From contig NC_006138.1 of assembly GCF_000025945.1 (NCBI RefSeq), positions 630,001 to 662,000 of the forward strand: a stretch of DNA of 32,000 nucleotides, given 5' to 3'. This DNA comes from Desulfotalea psychrophila LSv54. GTDB lineage: Bacteria; Desulfobacterota; Desulfobulbia; Desulfobulbales; Desulfocapsaceae. The position numbers were made by a program, and so were the translations under genes. The notes beneath the pieces are model-generated. The model worked only from the letters and a program-made list of their open reading frames with translations, ran no database searches and had not been told where the DNA came from. Of this stretch, positions 1-10,035 are shown piece after piece; positions within the stretch are counted from its first letter, which is position 1; the number at the start of each line of letters is the position of its first letter.

Positions 1-2
1 GC

Positions 3-431
3 GAATTTTCCCTGCTCTCAGAACAGCGAAAGGGCGCTTTGGCCTTCCAACTTGGCAAAAAAATACGCACTGACCTTGACAAGAACCTCGGTATCGACCT
101 TAACCTGCGAAGATCTCTCCGTCAGGAGATGACAACCCTTCTGGTCAATCTGCCTCTCTTTATCATGCATGACAATGGCAAGGATTGGCCTAAGTGGTTA
201 CAAAAGAAGAGCTACTTCCCAAGATGCCTCCTCTTTTATAACTGCTACAAAAATACCCTCAGCCAGGAAGAGGCGGAGCTTATCGACATCCCTGCAGAGC
301 CCATGCCTGCCGCAGAAGAACAGTCCAGCGCTCCTACTCCACCACCGGCTAAAGGCAAAAAAAATTCGAAGGATAAAACTGCCCTTTCATCCTCCAGACC
401 GGGCGGAATTTTCGGCTTTAAAAAAGATTAA
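3..431 (+). CDS. Uncharacterised protein, 3' end only (partial at window start)
   Basis: Frame 3 is open from the window edge (EFSLLSEQRKGALAFQLGKKIRTDLDKNLG...) to a TAA at 429-431. The provided ORF begins at an in-frame TTG at 39, so the true start is probably upstream. No family recognised. Confidence 0.65.
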   Translation, partial: EFSLLSEQRKGALAFQLGKKIRTDLDKNLGIDLNLRRSLRQEMTTLLVNLPLFIMHDNGKDWPKWLQKKSYFPRCLLFYNCYKNTLSQEEAELIDIPAEPMPAAEEQSSAPTPPPAKGKKNSKDKTALSSSRPGGIFGFKKD

Positions 432-474
432 TTTCCCATAGCAGCAAACTAGCCGAACAATCGCCAGATTACTG

Positions 475-503
475 CCTTCTAACTGTAGCATACAGTTAGA
501 AGG
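475..503. terminator. Perfect 13-bp inverted repeat (hairpin), possible terminator or processing element downstream of the first CDS
   Basis: CCTTCTAACTGTA (475-487) - GCA - TACAGTTAGAAGG (491-503). There is no strong T tract after it, so a terminator role is uncertain. Confidence 0.4.
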
Positions 504-785
504 ACAGATGAGCTAAGTATCAAAAAAACTTGTGTCTTTTCATAAAAAATACTTGTCGAACAGGTCCCAATTAAGTACCCTCAGTTATTTACCGAAAAAA
601 GATCTTTTCTTTACATCTAGTAGATTTTGCTGCTATTTTGCGCATTGCTAAGCTCCATCCACTCATGAGGCACAGCAAGGTGTTGATTTTTTATAGACTT
701 TTTTTGTTCATATTTATCGGTTTAAATAATACCCGATACAATCGCGCCTAGCGCACAATTGTTGCAACAACAATAGGAGGTTGAT

Positions 786-1880
786 ATGGCAGACACGGTA
801 AACACAACTATGAATCCAAAGCTTAATCGGCGTGGATTCCTGAAAGGATGTACGATGGTCGCAGCCGCATTGGGGCTTTCCGATGCGATGATTCCCAAAT
901 TGGTAGAAGCCGCCTCTTCGGGCCAAAGACCACGGGTTATCTGGCTCCACTTCCAAGAATGCACAGGATGTACCGAAAGTCTCCTCCGGGCATCTCACCC
1001 CGATCTCGCCCGTTTAATCCTTGACGTTATCTCCCTTGATTACCACGAAACGGTTATGGCAGCAGCCGGTTATCAGGCCGAGGCTAACCTGCACGACACC
1101 GTTGATAACCACCCCTTCATCCTTATTGTTGAAGGGGCTATCCCAGTAAAAGACAATGGAATTTACTGTAAAATCGGCGGTAGAACAGCACTGGAAATTC
1201 TTGGTGAGGTTGCACCGAAGGCCACGGCGATCATTGCCATTGGTACCTGTGCCACTTCCGGTGGTATCCAGGCCGCATCTCCCAACCCCACCGGAGCCGT
1301 TGGCGTTGAGGACCTTCCTGAGTTGACAGGCAATGTACCCATTGTCAACATCCCGGGATGCCCACCAAACCCCGTTAATCTATTAGGTACAATCCTTTAT
1401 TATCTTACCTTCAAGAGACTTCCTGCTCTCGATAGCCAAAAAAGACCTCTCTTTGCCTACGGACGAAGAATTCACGATCAATGTGAACGCCGTGGCCACT
1501 TTGACGAGGGTCGTTTTGCTGAAAAGTTCGGTGATAAGTTTCACCAGATGGGCTATTGCCTCTACAAGGTCGGCTGTAAAGGCCCTGAGACCTTCGCTAA
1601 CTGTCCAACAGCACGCTTTAACGATGTTGGTGTCTGGCCAGTAAGCATTGGCCATGGTTGCATCGGTTGTACCGAGAAAAATTTCTGGGATACCATGACT
1701 CCGTTCTACGAAAGATTACCCAACGTAAAGATCCCCGGCACCGGTATCGTGGCCGATGCAGATAAGATCGGCAAGGTGCTGGTTGGTGCTACTGCCGTCG
1801 GTGTTGCAGCCCACGCCGCAATCGGAATTGGCAAACGCCTTATCAAGGGTAAGCCGAAAGAGAAGGAAGACAAGGAGTAG
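786..1880 (+). CDS. hynB/hyaA-like: [NiFe] uptake hydrogenase small subunit, Tat-exported
   Basis: Twin-arginine signal NRRGFLKGC, FeS ligands ECTGCTES, GTCATSGG, GCPPNP, HDQCERRGHF and GCIGCTEKNFWD, and a hydrophobic C-terminal segment. RBS aggagg upstream. Confidence 0.96.
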   Translation: MADTVNTTMNPKLNRRGFLKGCTMVAAALGLSDAMIPKLVEAASSGQRPRVIWLHFQECTGCTESLLRASHPDLARLILDVISLDYHETVMAAAGYQAEANLHDTVDNHPFILIVEGAIPVKDNGIYCKIGGRTALEILGEVAPKATAIIAIGTCATSGGIQAASPNPTGAVGVEDLPELTGNVPIVNIPGCPPNPVNLLGTILYYLTFKRLPALDSQKRPLFAYGRRIHDQCERRGHFDEGRFAEKFGDKFHQMGYCLYKVGCKGPETFANCPTARFNDVGVWPVSIGHGCIGCTEKNFWDTMTPFYERLPNVKIPGTGIVADADKIGKVLVGATAVGVAAHAAIGIGKRLIKGKPKEKEDKE

Positions 1881-1959
1881 GGTCTTTTTAAGAATCAATA
1901 TACCCGCCAGGAGCGATACTCCCGGCATGGTGTTCATATAATTTTCGGAGGTTTTACGT

Positions 1960-3660
1960 ATGGCTCAGCGAATTACCATTGATCCTATTACTCGGATCGA
2001 AGGTCACTTAAGAGTAGATATTGAAGTTGACGGTGGAAAAGTAACCAAGGCCTGGTCTTCTGGACAGATGTACCGCGGAATTGAGAATATCCTCAAAGGC
2101 CGTGACCCACGTGATGCATGGATGTTTGTCCAACGTATTTGCGGTGTGTGTACCACTGTTCATGGACTTGCCTCTGTTCGCGCCGTTGAAGATGCTCTAC
2201 AACTCCCAATCCCCCTTAATGCCCAACTCGTTCGAAATATGGTTCAGGCTATTCACTGCCTGCAAGACCATATTGTCCATTTTTACACCCTCTCTGCCCT
2301 CGACTGGGTTGATGTTGTTTCCGCACTTGATGCTGATCCGGTAAAGACAGCAGCACTTGCTGAAACCCTCTCTAACTGGCCAGGTAACAGTGCTAAACGT
2401 TTCTCTGCTGTAAAAGACAAGCTCAAAGGACTTGTGGCCAGTGGCCAGCTTGGACCCTTTGCCAACGCATACTGGGGCCACCCAGCGATGAAACTGCCAC
2501 CCGAAGCCAATCTCATGGCAGTTTCTCACTACCTTGAAGCCCTGGATTACCAACGCAAGGCCACTCAGGCACTTGGTATTATCGGTGGCAAAAATCCTCA
2601 TGTCCAGAACCTCTGTGTTGGCGGAATTGCCAACAACCTCAACCAGGACAACGAGACTGGTCTCACCATGGAGCGTCTCTACTTCATCAAACAGCTCATT
2701 GAAGAGGTACGTGACTTTATCAAGATGGTCTACCAAAGCGACGTTGCCGCCATTGGCGCTCTCTATAAGGAATGGATCCCATATGGCGCCGGAGTAACCA
2801 ACTATATGGCAGCGCCCGATATGTTCACCGACGTCGAGGGCACCAAGGGCGATCTTCCAGGTGGAACCATCTTTAATGCTGACCTGTCCACGGTTAAACC
2901 CTTTACCACCATCTCTGATTCATACTTTAAAGAGAATGTTGAAGAGTCTATTGCCCGAGCTTGGTATGACGGTGACTGGTCTAAAAACCCATTTGAAGAG
3001 GATACTGATCCCAAGTATACCGACTTTCAAGACGAAGGACGCTACTCCTGGATGAAGGCTCCACGTTTCCAAGGAAAGCCAATGCAGGTTGGTCCTCTTG
3101 CCCAGGTACTTGTCGGCTATGCCCAGGGGCATGAGCTTACCGTAAAGGCGGCCAATGACTTCCTGGGCCGTCTCAACTCTGTAGCAGGCACTAATCTTGG
3201 CCCAGAGATTCTTCATGGAACCATTGGCCGCCATGCTGGTCGTGCTATCCGAGCAGGTATGATGGCAGATCTTGCCCTGAAGCATTGGGATCTACTGGTA
3301 AACAATCTTGCCACCGGTGATTACGAAATATTTAATCAACCTGTCTTCCCTAAGGGCGAACAGCGCGGTGTTGGTATCCATGAAGCTCCACGCGGTATTC
3401 TTTCCCACTGGATTATTATTCAGGATGGCAAGATCAAAAACTACCAGGCCGTTGTACCTTCAACCTGGAACGCAGGTCCGCGCGATGGCCAGGGACAACC
3501 AGGACCATACGAGGCATCCCTTGTGGGTAACCCTATTGCCGAGCCAGAAAAGCCTCTTGAGGTTCTTCGTACCGTTCACTCATTTGATCCATGTATTGCC
3601 TGTGCTGTACATATGCTAGATCCGGAAGGTAAAGAAGTTATCAAGGTTAAAGCCCTCTAG
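1960..3660 (+). CDS. hynA/hyaB-like: [NiFe] uptake hydrogenase large (catalytic) subunit
   Basis: N-terminal RICGVCT motif and C-terminal DPCIACAVH motif followed by a 15-residue tail MLDPEGKEVIKVKAL; typical RITIDPITRIEGHLR start. Confidence 0.97.
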   Translation: MAQRITIDPITRIEGHLRVDIEVDGGKVTKAWSSGQMYRGIENILKGRDPRDAWMFVQRICGVCTTVHGLASVRAVEDALQLPIPLNAQLVRNMVQAIHCLQDHIVHFYTLSALDWVDVVSALDADPVKTAALAETLSNWPGNSAKRFSAVKDKLKGLVASGQLGPFANAYWGHPAMKLPPEANLMAVSHYLEALDYQRKATQALGIIGGKNPHVQNLCVGGIANNLNQDNETGLTMERLYFIKQLIEEVRDFIKMVYQSDVAAIGALYKEWIPYGAGVTNYMAAPDMFTDVEGTKGDLPGGTIFNADLSTVKPFTTISDSYFKENVEESIARAWYDGDWSKNPFEEDTDPKYTDFQDEGRYSWMKAPRFQGKPMQVGPLAQVLVGYAQGHELTVKAANDFLGRLNSVAGTNLGPEILHGTIGRHAGRAIRAGMMADLALKHWDLLVNNLATGDYEIFNQPVFPKGEQRGVGIHEAPRGILSHWIIIQDGKIKNYQAVVPSTWNAGPRDGQGQPGPYEASLVGNPIAEPEKPLEVLRTVHSFDPCIACAVHMLDPEGKEVIKVKAL

Positions 3661-3703
3661 CAGGAGACTTTTCACCCAAACTTTTTTTATCCGGTAACAC
3701 CAT

Positions 3704-4363
3704 ATGGAGGTAAACCAAATGGCATTATATGAAAAAAAATATTGTTGGAGTCTGTTGCTCCGCATATGGCACTGGACGTTCGCATTATCGATTGTTGCAC
3801 TAGTCATCACTGGCTTTTATATTCACTTCCCCTGGACCAACACCCTGATAGAGGGAAGCGCCAGCTGGCCCATGGCCCGGGCCAGATTTATCCACTTTGT
3901 CGCAGGCTATGCCTTTTCCTGTGCCATTTTTCTCCGAGCCTACCTGTACATTTTTGGTAATACTCAGGAACGGATAAGCGACATACTACCAATCAACAAG
4001 AGAAACATCAAAAACCTAGGCGAAACGCTCTTACTGTACACCTATACCACCGATGAGCATAACGGGCGTTTTGGTCACAATGTCTTGGCTGGAAGCTCTT
4101 ATCTGCTCACCTTTTGTGCAGCAATTGCCATGATCGGCACGGGATTCTTCCTCCTCTTTCCAGAGGTGGGATTTATTTCAAGTTGGGGCGGAGCTCTCTT
4201 CCAAACCCAGGCAACGGCTCGCTTCGTCCATCACATTATAATGTGGTGGTTTATGATCTTTGCTGTCATCCATCTCTACCTCTGTATATGGAATGATATT
4301 CGCTTCCCGGAAGGCTTGATCTCTTCAATCTTCACGGGCGTAAAATTCACCCATAAGAAGTAG
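3704..4363 (+). CDS. hyaC-like: Ni/Fe-hydrogenase b-type cytochrome subunit (start may be 3719, MALYEKKY...)
   Basis: Multi-TM protein with conserved histidines (RIWHWTFALS, HHIIMWWFMIFAVIHLYLCIWNDI), located directly after the large subunit. Confidence 0.9.
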   Translation: MEVNQMALYEKKYCWSLLLRIWHWTFALSIVALVITGFYIHFPWTNTLIEGSASWPMARARFIHFVAGYAFSCAIFLRAYLYIFGNTQERISDILPINKRNIKNLGETLLLYTYTTDEHNGRFGHNVLAGSSYLLTFCAAIAMIGTGFFLLFPEVGFISSWGGALFQTQATARFVHHIIMWWFMIFAVIHLYLCIWNDIRFPEGLISSIFTGVKFTHKK

Positions 4364-4366
4364 AAC

Positions 4367-6715
4367 ATGAAAGGCGTCGAAATTTTTATCCGCGGCACTG
4401 TCCAAGGAGTAGGGTTTCGACCCTTTATCTACAATCTGGCTCGCCAACATGGACTTTCGGGTACGGTATGCAACACCGGTGACGGTGTTGCCATCCATAC
4501 CTCCTGTTCCAAGGAGGAGCTTGAGGCCTTTATAGGGGCGGTGCGCAGCAAGGCACCACCCCTGTCCCGCATCCAATCCATTGAACACGGCCCCAAAGAG
4601 ATAGAGATAGAAGATGGCAGATTTACCATCAGCAAGAGTTCCGGCACCAGTTCTGCCGATGCATCCATTCCCCCCGATATTGCCCTCTGTGCTGACTGCC
4701 TGAGTGAAATGCAGGACCCAAACGACCCACGCTTTGCCTATCCCTTTATCAACTGTACCAACTGTGGTCCACGCTTCACCATCGTTGAAAAAATCCCCTA
4801 CGACAGACAACAGACATCCATGAAGGTCTTTCCCATGTGCGAGGCCTGCACCCGGGATTATGAAGATCCGGGCAATAGACGTTTCCATGCCCAACCCAAT
4901 GCCTGTCCCCTCTGCGGCCCACAGGTTTCCTGGCATGATCAGGCAGGAAATAAAATAGAGACAAAATCTCCCTTAACAGATACAGCCGTAGCCCTCGCCG
5001 CCAACAAACTTGTGGCCATCCGTGGCCTTGGAGGTTTTCATCTCTCCTGTAATGCCCTGGAAGAAAAGGCCGTGGCCCAGCTCAGAGAACGCAAGAGACG
5101 CCCCCACAAGCCTCTGGCCATCATGGTTCAGAGCATCGATATTGCAAAAAAATACTGTTTTATCAGTGAACAGGAAATAGCTTTACTGAGCTCCATTGAA
5201 CATCCCATTGTCCTCCTGCAAAAACGCCCTGACACGGATCTGGCCCAAGGACTTGCCCCCCATATCACCGAACTGGGGATCATGCTGGCCTACACCCCGC
5301 TGCACCACCTCCTCTTTCAGGAGAGCACCTGCCCCCAAGCCCTGGTGATGACCTCGGGTAATAGCAGCGGCACCCCGATCTGCACCGGTAATGCGGAGGC
5401 CATTGACCGCCTTGGCCCCATTGTTGACAACTTTCTTCTCCACAACCGGGACATCGTAACAAGGATAGATGACTCAGTGACACGCGTCAGCGGGAAAAAA
5501 CCACTGATACTGCGCAGGGCCCGGGGCTATGTCCCCTCTCCCATTCACTGCAAGTGGACCCTCCCCGCCACCATTGGTTGCGGCGGTGGACTCAAGTCCA
5601 CCTTCTGCCTGGGGAAAAAGAACAGCCTCTTTACCAGCCAGCACATCGGAGATCTCTCCAACCTTGAATCCTACGATTTTTTTCAGGAATCCATTGAACA
5701 CCTGAAGAAGGTTTTTGATATAGAACCAGAAATTGCCGTCTGTGACCTCCACCCGGACTACCTCTCGACCCACTATGCCAAGGCACTGGGCATCCCCCTC
5801 TATCAAGTGCAACATCATCATGCCCATGCAACCGCCGTTATGGCGGAACACGGCCTTAAGGATCCCGTCATCGCCATCATCCTCGATGGCACCGGCTACG
5901 GCGACGACGGTACCAGTTGGGGTGGCGAAATCCTCCAGGCCGACCTCACCAGCTTTACCCGCTTGGCCCACCTGAGCCATCTCCGCCTGCCGGGAGGAGA
6001 TAAGGCAGCAACAGAACCATGGCGAATGGGCATCTCCGCCCTGCACAGCCTCTATGGAGATGGCCTGAGCGACAAAAACATACCCACAGCGCTCCGACAA
6101 ATAGAGAGGGACAAGAGAGAGCCCCTCCTCTCAATGCTGAACAATAACTTCAATAGCCCCCTCACCTCAAGTTGTGGTCGCCTCTTTGATACAGTCTCCT
6201 CCCTATTGGGTATTTGTCAGAAGATGAGCTACGAGGGACAGGCTGCCATGGAACTGGAGGACAGGGCTCGAAGATGCCTGAACTCTACCTGGAAAAACGA
6301 TTTAATTTCAGAGGATTACGACCAGTTCCCTTTTCTCCTTGACGACAGGGGGATAACGTGGGAAATTAACTCATTACAGCTCATTAAAACAGTTCTTGAT
6401 GATATCCAGATGGGCAAAAAAACTCCTGAAATTGCACTTCGATTTCACCTTTTGCTTATCAAAAACATAACAGCCTTGACCCTACAACTCTGCACGCAAA
6501 CGGGCCTCAACCAGGTCGTACTCTCCGGCGGCTGTATGCAAAATGCCATCATTCTGGAAGGGCTACGCCATACCATGGCTACACACAATATATCGGTCTT
6601 CACAGGAGAGAATATCCCCATCAACGACGGTGGTATCTCCCTCGGCCAGACTATAACAGGAGGTCTGCAACATGTGTCTCGCAATTCCCATGAGGGTAAC
6701 CAAGGTAGAGGGTGA
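4367..6715 (+). CDS. hypF: Carbamoyltransferase HypF (hydrogenase CN ligand synthesis)
   Basis: Acylphosphatase domain (IRGTVQGVGFRPFIYNLA), CxxC zinc fingers (CADCLSEM...CTNCGPRFTI, CEACTRDY...CPLCGPQV), YrdC-like domain, and C-terminal LSGGCMQNAIL. Confidence 0.97.
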   Translation: MKGVEIFIRGTVQGVGFRPFIYNLARQHGLSGTVCNTGDGVAIHTSCSKEELEAFIGAVRSKAPPLSRIQSIEHGPKEIEIEDGRFTISKSSGTSSADASIPPDIALCADCLSEMQDPNDPRFAYPFINCTNCGPRFTIVEKIPYDRQQTSMKVFPMCEACTRDYEDPGNRRFHAQPNACPLCGPQVSWHDQAGNKIETKSPLTDTAVALAANKLVAIRGLGGFHLSCNALEEKAVAQLRERKRRPHKPLAIMVQSIDIAKKYCFISEQEIALLSSIEHPIVLLQKRPDTDLAQGLAPHITELGIMLAYTPLHHLLFQESTCPQALVMTSGNSSGTPICTGNAEAIDRLGPIVDNFLLHNRDIVTRIDDSVTRVSGKKPLILRRARGYVPSPIHCKWTLPATIGCGGGLKSTFCLGKKNSLFTSQHIGDLSNLESYDFFQESIEHLKKVFDIEPEIAVCDLHPDYLSTHYAKALGIPLYQVQHHHAHATAVMAEHGLKDPVIAIILDGTGYGDDGTSWGGEILQADLTSFTRLAHLSHLRLPGGDKAATEPWRMGISALHSLYGDGLSDKNIPTALRQIERDKREPLLSMLNNNFNSPLTSSCGRLFDTVSSLLGICQKMSYEGQAAMELEDRARRCLNSTWKNDLISEDYDQFPFLLDDRGITWEINSLQLIKTVLDDIQMGKKTPEIALRFHLLLIKNITALTLQLCTQTGLNQVVLSGGCMQNAIILEGLRHTMATHNISVFTGENIPINDGGISLGQTITGGLQHVSRNSHEGNQGRG

Positions 6716-6944
6716 TCCCGATGACTTTACAACCAATCAAATCGCAACGGTGGATGTCGACGGTATAAGCAAAGAGATTCGCCTTGATATAGTAGATCAC
6801 TGGCCCAGTATAGGTGACTATCTCATCATCCATGCAGGCTTTGCCATCCACAGCCTTGAACCAAAGGAGGCAGAAAGGAACCTGGAATTGCTCCGCGAAC
6901 TCGCAGCAAGCACCCCAGACGAACTCCTCTACAAAATACCATGA
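6672..6944 (+). CDS. hypC: Hydrogenase assembly chaperone HypC
   Basis: Canonical MCLAIPMRV N-terminus with Cys2. Overlaps the hypF 3' end by 44 nt. Confidence 0.95.
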   Translation: MCLAIPMRVTKVEGDPDDFTTNQIATVDVDGISKEIRLDIVDHWPSIGDYLIIHAGFAIHSLEPKEAERNLELLRELAASTPDELLYKIP

Positions 6945-8029
6945 AACATATTGACGAATATCGAGACGCCAAGCTCGCCAAACCACTGGTCGCCGAGCTC
7001 AGAAGGTCAGTAACCAAGCCCCTGCGCATAATGGAAGTCTGTGGCTCCCACACCATGTCAATTTTTCGCAACGGTATCCGTTCAATCCTACCCGAGGGAA
7101 TGGAGTTGCTGTCGGGCCCCGGATGTCCCGTTTGCGTTACCTCTGCCGCCCATATGGATGCCTTTATCTCCATAGCCGAAAGAGATGGGGTACGGGTCGC
7201 CATCTTCGGTGATCTCTTCCGGGTACCGGGAAGCCAAGGGTCGCTAGCCAACGCCAGTTCCCGCGGGGCCAAGGTAGACATTGTCTACTCACCCATGGAC
7301 GCCCTGGAAATTGCCAAGAACAATCCAGACGAACTGGTGGTCTTTCTCGGCGTTGGTTTTGAAACAACCACCCCGACAATTGCCGCCACCATCATGGCGG
7401 CCAAGATACAAAAGATTAAGAATTTTGCTGTTTTTTCCACCCAAAAAACAATGCCTGCCCCCCTGATTGCCCTGCTTCAGGACCCCGAACTCAAAATCGA
7501 CGGTCTGCTCTGCCCCGGCCATGTTTCTGCCATTATCGGCTCAGAGGTCTACGAACCCCTGGCCCGGGACTATAATCTTGCCTGTGTGGTTGCCGGTTTT
7601 GAAACCGCTGACATCCTTGGCAGCCTCATCCAACTGGCCAGACAGGTAAACGCAGGCGAGTTCAAGGTAGAAAACTGCTACAACAGGGTAGTATGCAAAG
7701 ATGGCAATCCACGTGCACGAGCCATGGTCGAACGCATCTTTGAGCCCTGCGATATGCAGTGGCGCGGCCTTGGCATGATTCCGGAAAGTGGTTTGAAAAT
7801 CCGGGAAGAATATGGTGAGTTTGATGCAGAGAGACGTTTAGAGATAGAGCTAACAGAAGTAGCGGAGCCCAAGGGTTGTCTCTGTGGAGAAATACTTAAG
7901 GGCCAGACCATCCCCCCACGCTGCCCTCTCTTCAACAAAGGTTGTACGCCAATGAACCCGGTGGGTCCCTGCATGGTTAGTAGCGAAGGCACATGTGCCG
8001 CCTATTACAAATATGGCCAGGACCTGTAG
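6941..8029 (+). CDS. hypD: Hydrogenase maturation protein HypD
   Basis: MEVCGSHTMSIFRNGI, SGPGCPVCVTS, LCPGHVSAIIGS and C-terminal cysteines (CLCGEILKG...CPLFNKGCTP). ATGA overlap with hypC. Confidence 0.97.
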   Translation: MKHIDEYRDAKLAKPLVAELRRSVTKPLRIMEVCGSHTMSIFRNGIRSILPEGMELLSGPGCPVCVTSAAHMDAFISIAERDGVRVAIFGDLFRVPGSQGSLANASSRGAKVDIVYSPMDALEIAKNNPDELVVFLGVGFETTTPTIAATIMAAKIQKIKNFAVFSTQKTMPAPLIALLQDPELKIDGLLCPGHVSAIIGSEVYEPLARDYNLACVVAGFETADILGSLIQLARQVNAGEFKVENCYNRVVCKDGNPRARAMVERIFEPCDMQWRGLGMIPESGLKIREEYGEFDAERRLEIELTEVAEPKGCLCGEILKGQTIPPRCPLFNKGCTPMNPVGPCMVSSEGTCAAYYKYGQDL

Positions 8030-8060
8030 CCCTGGGCTAAAAATATCAAAGAGAGAAAAT

Positions 8061-9077
8061 ATGTCCGATAAGAAAGTACTTCTCGACCACGGCAGTGGTG
8101 GCCTTGCCAGCCAGGAACTTATTGAAAACCTGTTTATTAAACATCTTGACAATCCCATTCTCCGTAATCTGGAAGACAGCGCTATTCTGGAAAACAAACC
8201 TGGCAATATTGCCTTTACCACGGACAGTTATGTGGTTGACCCACTCTTTTTCCCCGGTGGCGATATCGGCAAACTGGCCGTCCATGGTACCATCAACGAC
8301 CTGGCCATGCGGGGCGCAGAACCACAGGGACTCAGCCTGGGACTGATCCTGGAAGAGGGCTTTTCCCTCGATGAACTCGAACGGGTAATCATCTCCGTGG
8401 CCGAGGCCTGCCGCGAGGCAGATGTCTATGTGGTCACCGGTGACACCAAGGTGGTTCCCAGAGGCAAGGCCGACAAGATATTTATCAACACCGCAGGCGT
8501 TGGTATTGTCGATCCTAAGCTGCAAATTTCGTCAAAAAAAGCACGAGCTGGGGATAGTATCATTCTCTCCGGTAGCATGGGCGACCATGGTATCACCATC
8601 ATGAGTAAGCAGGCGGGAATCGCCATTGATGGCAACCTCCGAAGCGACACCATGGCCCTGCACAAGATGGTGGCAAAGCTCTTAGCCGAATTGCCTGCCG
8701 GTAGCATCCACACCCTGCGTGACCCGACCCGGGGTGGAGTGGCAACTACCCTCAATGAAATTGCTGGCAACAGTAAGCTTGAAATCGAGCTCATTGAAGA
8801 GTCTCTCCCCATAAGGGCAAACGTTCGGGCAGCCTGTGAAATGCTGGGACTTGACCCGCTCTATCTTGCCAATGAGGGAAAATGCCTCATTATTGTCTCC
8901 CCCGAGCAGACAGAGCTAGCCCTGCAAATTCTCCACAAGACAAAAGAGGGTCAGGAGGCTGTTGTCATTGGCAGCCTCAAAGAGGGCAAAGCTGGCCGCG
9001 TATTGGTAACAACACCAATCGGTGGGGCCAGGGTTGTTACGCCACTCCACGGCGAGCCTCTCCCCAGAATTTGCTAA
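8061..9077 (+). CDS. hypE: Hydrogenase expression/formation protein HypE
   Basis: LLDHGSGGLASQELI, VVTGDTKVV and C-terminal PRIC. The likely start is ATG 8061 (MSDKKVLLDHG) rather than the longer ORF start at 7995. Confidence 0.96.
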   Translation: MSDKKVLLDHGSGGLASQELIENLFIKHLDNPILRNLEDSAILENKPGNIAFTTDSYVVDPLFFPGGDIGKLAVHGTINDLAMRGAEPQGLSLGLILEEGFSLDELERVIISVAEACREADVYVVTGDTKVVPRGKADKIFINTAGVGIVDPKLQISSKKARAGDSIILSGSMGDHGITIMSKQAGIAIDGNLRSDTMALHKMVAKLLAELPAGSIHTLRDPTRGGVATTLNEIAGNSKLEIELIEESLPIRANVRAACEMLGLDPLYLANEGKCLIIVSPEQTELALQILHKTKEGQEAVVIGSLKEGKAGRVLVTTPIGGARVVTPLHGEPLPRIC

Positions 9078-9107
9078 CAGCGATAAAACACTATAAATAG
9101 GGATCCT

Positions 9108-9590
9108 ATGAAAAAAATTGGTATCGCCGGTATCGGCAACTTGATTTTGCGAGATGAAGGTTTTGGTGTTCATACGGTTAAATATCTCATAGATAACTAT
9201 ATCTTCCCCGATAATGTCGAGATCCAGGACATAGGCACTGCCGGCATCTTTATGGCTCCTTTCTTGGAAGAGTGCGACCCGGTTTTTGTCATTGATGTGG
9301 TTGATATCGAAGGAGAACCAGGATCCTTTCACTATTATGATCTCGGCGATGTAAAGGCGGGGAAATTCCAAACCCGCATGTCCCCGCACCAGCTGGGACT
9401 TCTCGAAATACTTGAGGTATGCAAGCTCCGTGATGCAGCCCCGGAACATATAGAATTTTATACAGTTATCCCCAGTGAGCTCACCGAGAGTGTGGAACTG
9501 TCAGAGATAGTCGCTGGACGTATGGTAGAGGTTGCCGAAATGATCGTTACCCGCCTTACGGAAATGGGCGTCAACGTGGAAAAACGTTAA
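9108..9590 (+). CDS. hyaD-like: Hydrogenase maturation endopeptidase (HyaD/HybD/HynC family)
   Basis: IGIAGIGNLILRDEGFGVHTVKYL N-terminus, IVDVVDIEGEPGS region, and SPHQLGLLEIL motif. Confidence 0.93.
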   Translation: MKKIGIAGIGNLILRDEGFGVHTVKYLIDNYIFPDNVEIQDIGTAGIFMAPFLEECDPVFVIDVVDIEGEPGSFHYYDLGDVKAGKFQTRMSPHQLGLLEILEVCKLRDAAPEHIEFYTVIPSELTESVELSEIVAGRMVEVAEMIVTRLTEMGVNVEKR

Positions 9591-9603
9591 CCAGGGGTTA
9601 AAC

Positions 9604-9951
9604 ATGCATGAAATGTCCCTTGTCCAAAATCTTTTTGAGCAACTCAGAGATCTTGCCAAAGAGAATAGGGCAGAAAAAATAATCACTGTAACCATGTCAA
9701 TAGGACCACTTGCCGGAGTAGTGGTAGACTCCTTTCAATTTGGTTTTGATGTTCTCTCCGCCGAAGAACCACTTTGCAGCGGAGCTGAACTCAAGATAGA
9801 AATTCCCCCTGTTACCTTTACCTGTACAGACTGTGGTTTTGCCATGGAGTCCACCGAAAAGAGCCTGGACTGTTGCCAAAAGTGTGGTGAACTCTTTTTA
9901 ATTTCAAGCGGCGGAGATGATCTTATCCTTAAACAGGTTGTGATGGAGTAA
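9604..9951 (+). CDS. hypA: Hydrogenase nickel incorporation protein HypA
   Basis: MHEMSLVQNLFEQL start (His2) and zinc site FTCTDCG...CCQKCG. Confidence 0.95.
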   Translation: MHEMSLVQNLFEQLRDLAKENRAEKIITVTMSIGPLAGVVVDSFQFGFDVLSAEEPLCSGAELKIEIPPVTFTCTDCGFAMESTEKSLDCCQKCGELFLISSGGDDLILKQVVME

Positions 9952-10035
9952 GCCACAACCCGTTTTTTACTAAATAGACGGCCACCTCCCCCTCTGGAGA
10001 GCTGGCCCTTTACCTTCGATACAAGGAGAAAAAAT

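Noticed and set aside
661-690. Possible sigma-54 promoter (ggcacagcaaggtgttg)
   Set aside because: A GG-like -24 element is present, but the GC of the -12 element is not at the required spacing.
2197-2736. 179-aa minus strand ORF
   Set aside because: Antisense to the hydrogenase large subunit; no recognisable domain.
4325-6100. Minus strand ORFs of 203 aa (4325-4936) and 208 aa (5474-6100)
   Set aside because: Both are antisense to hypF, which has all its diagnostic motifs.
8916-9449. 177-aa minus strand ORF
   Set aside because: Antisense to hypE and the maturation protease; a shadow of a codon-biased gene.
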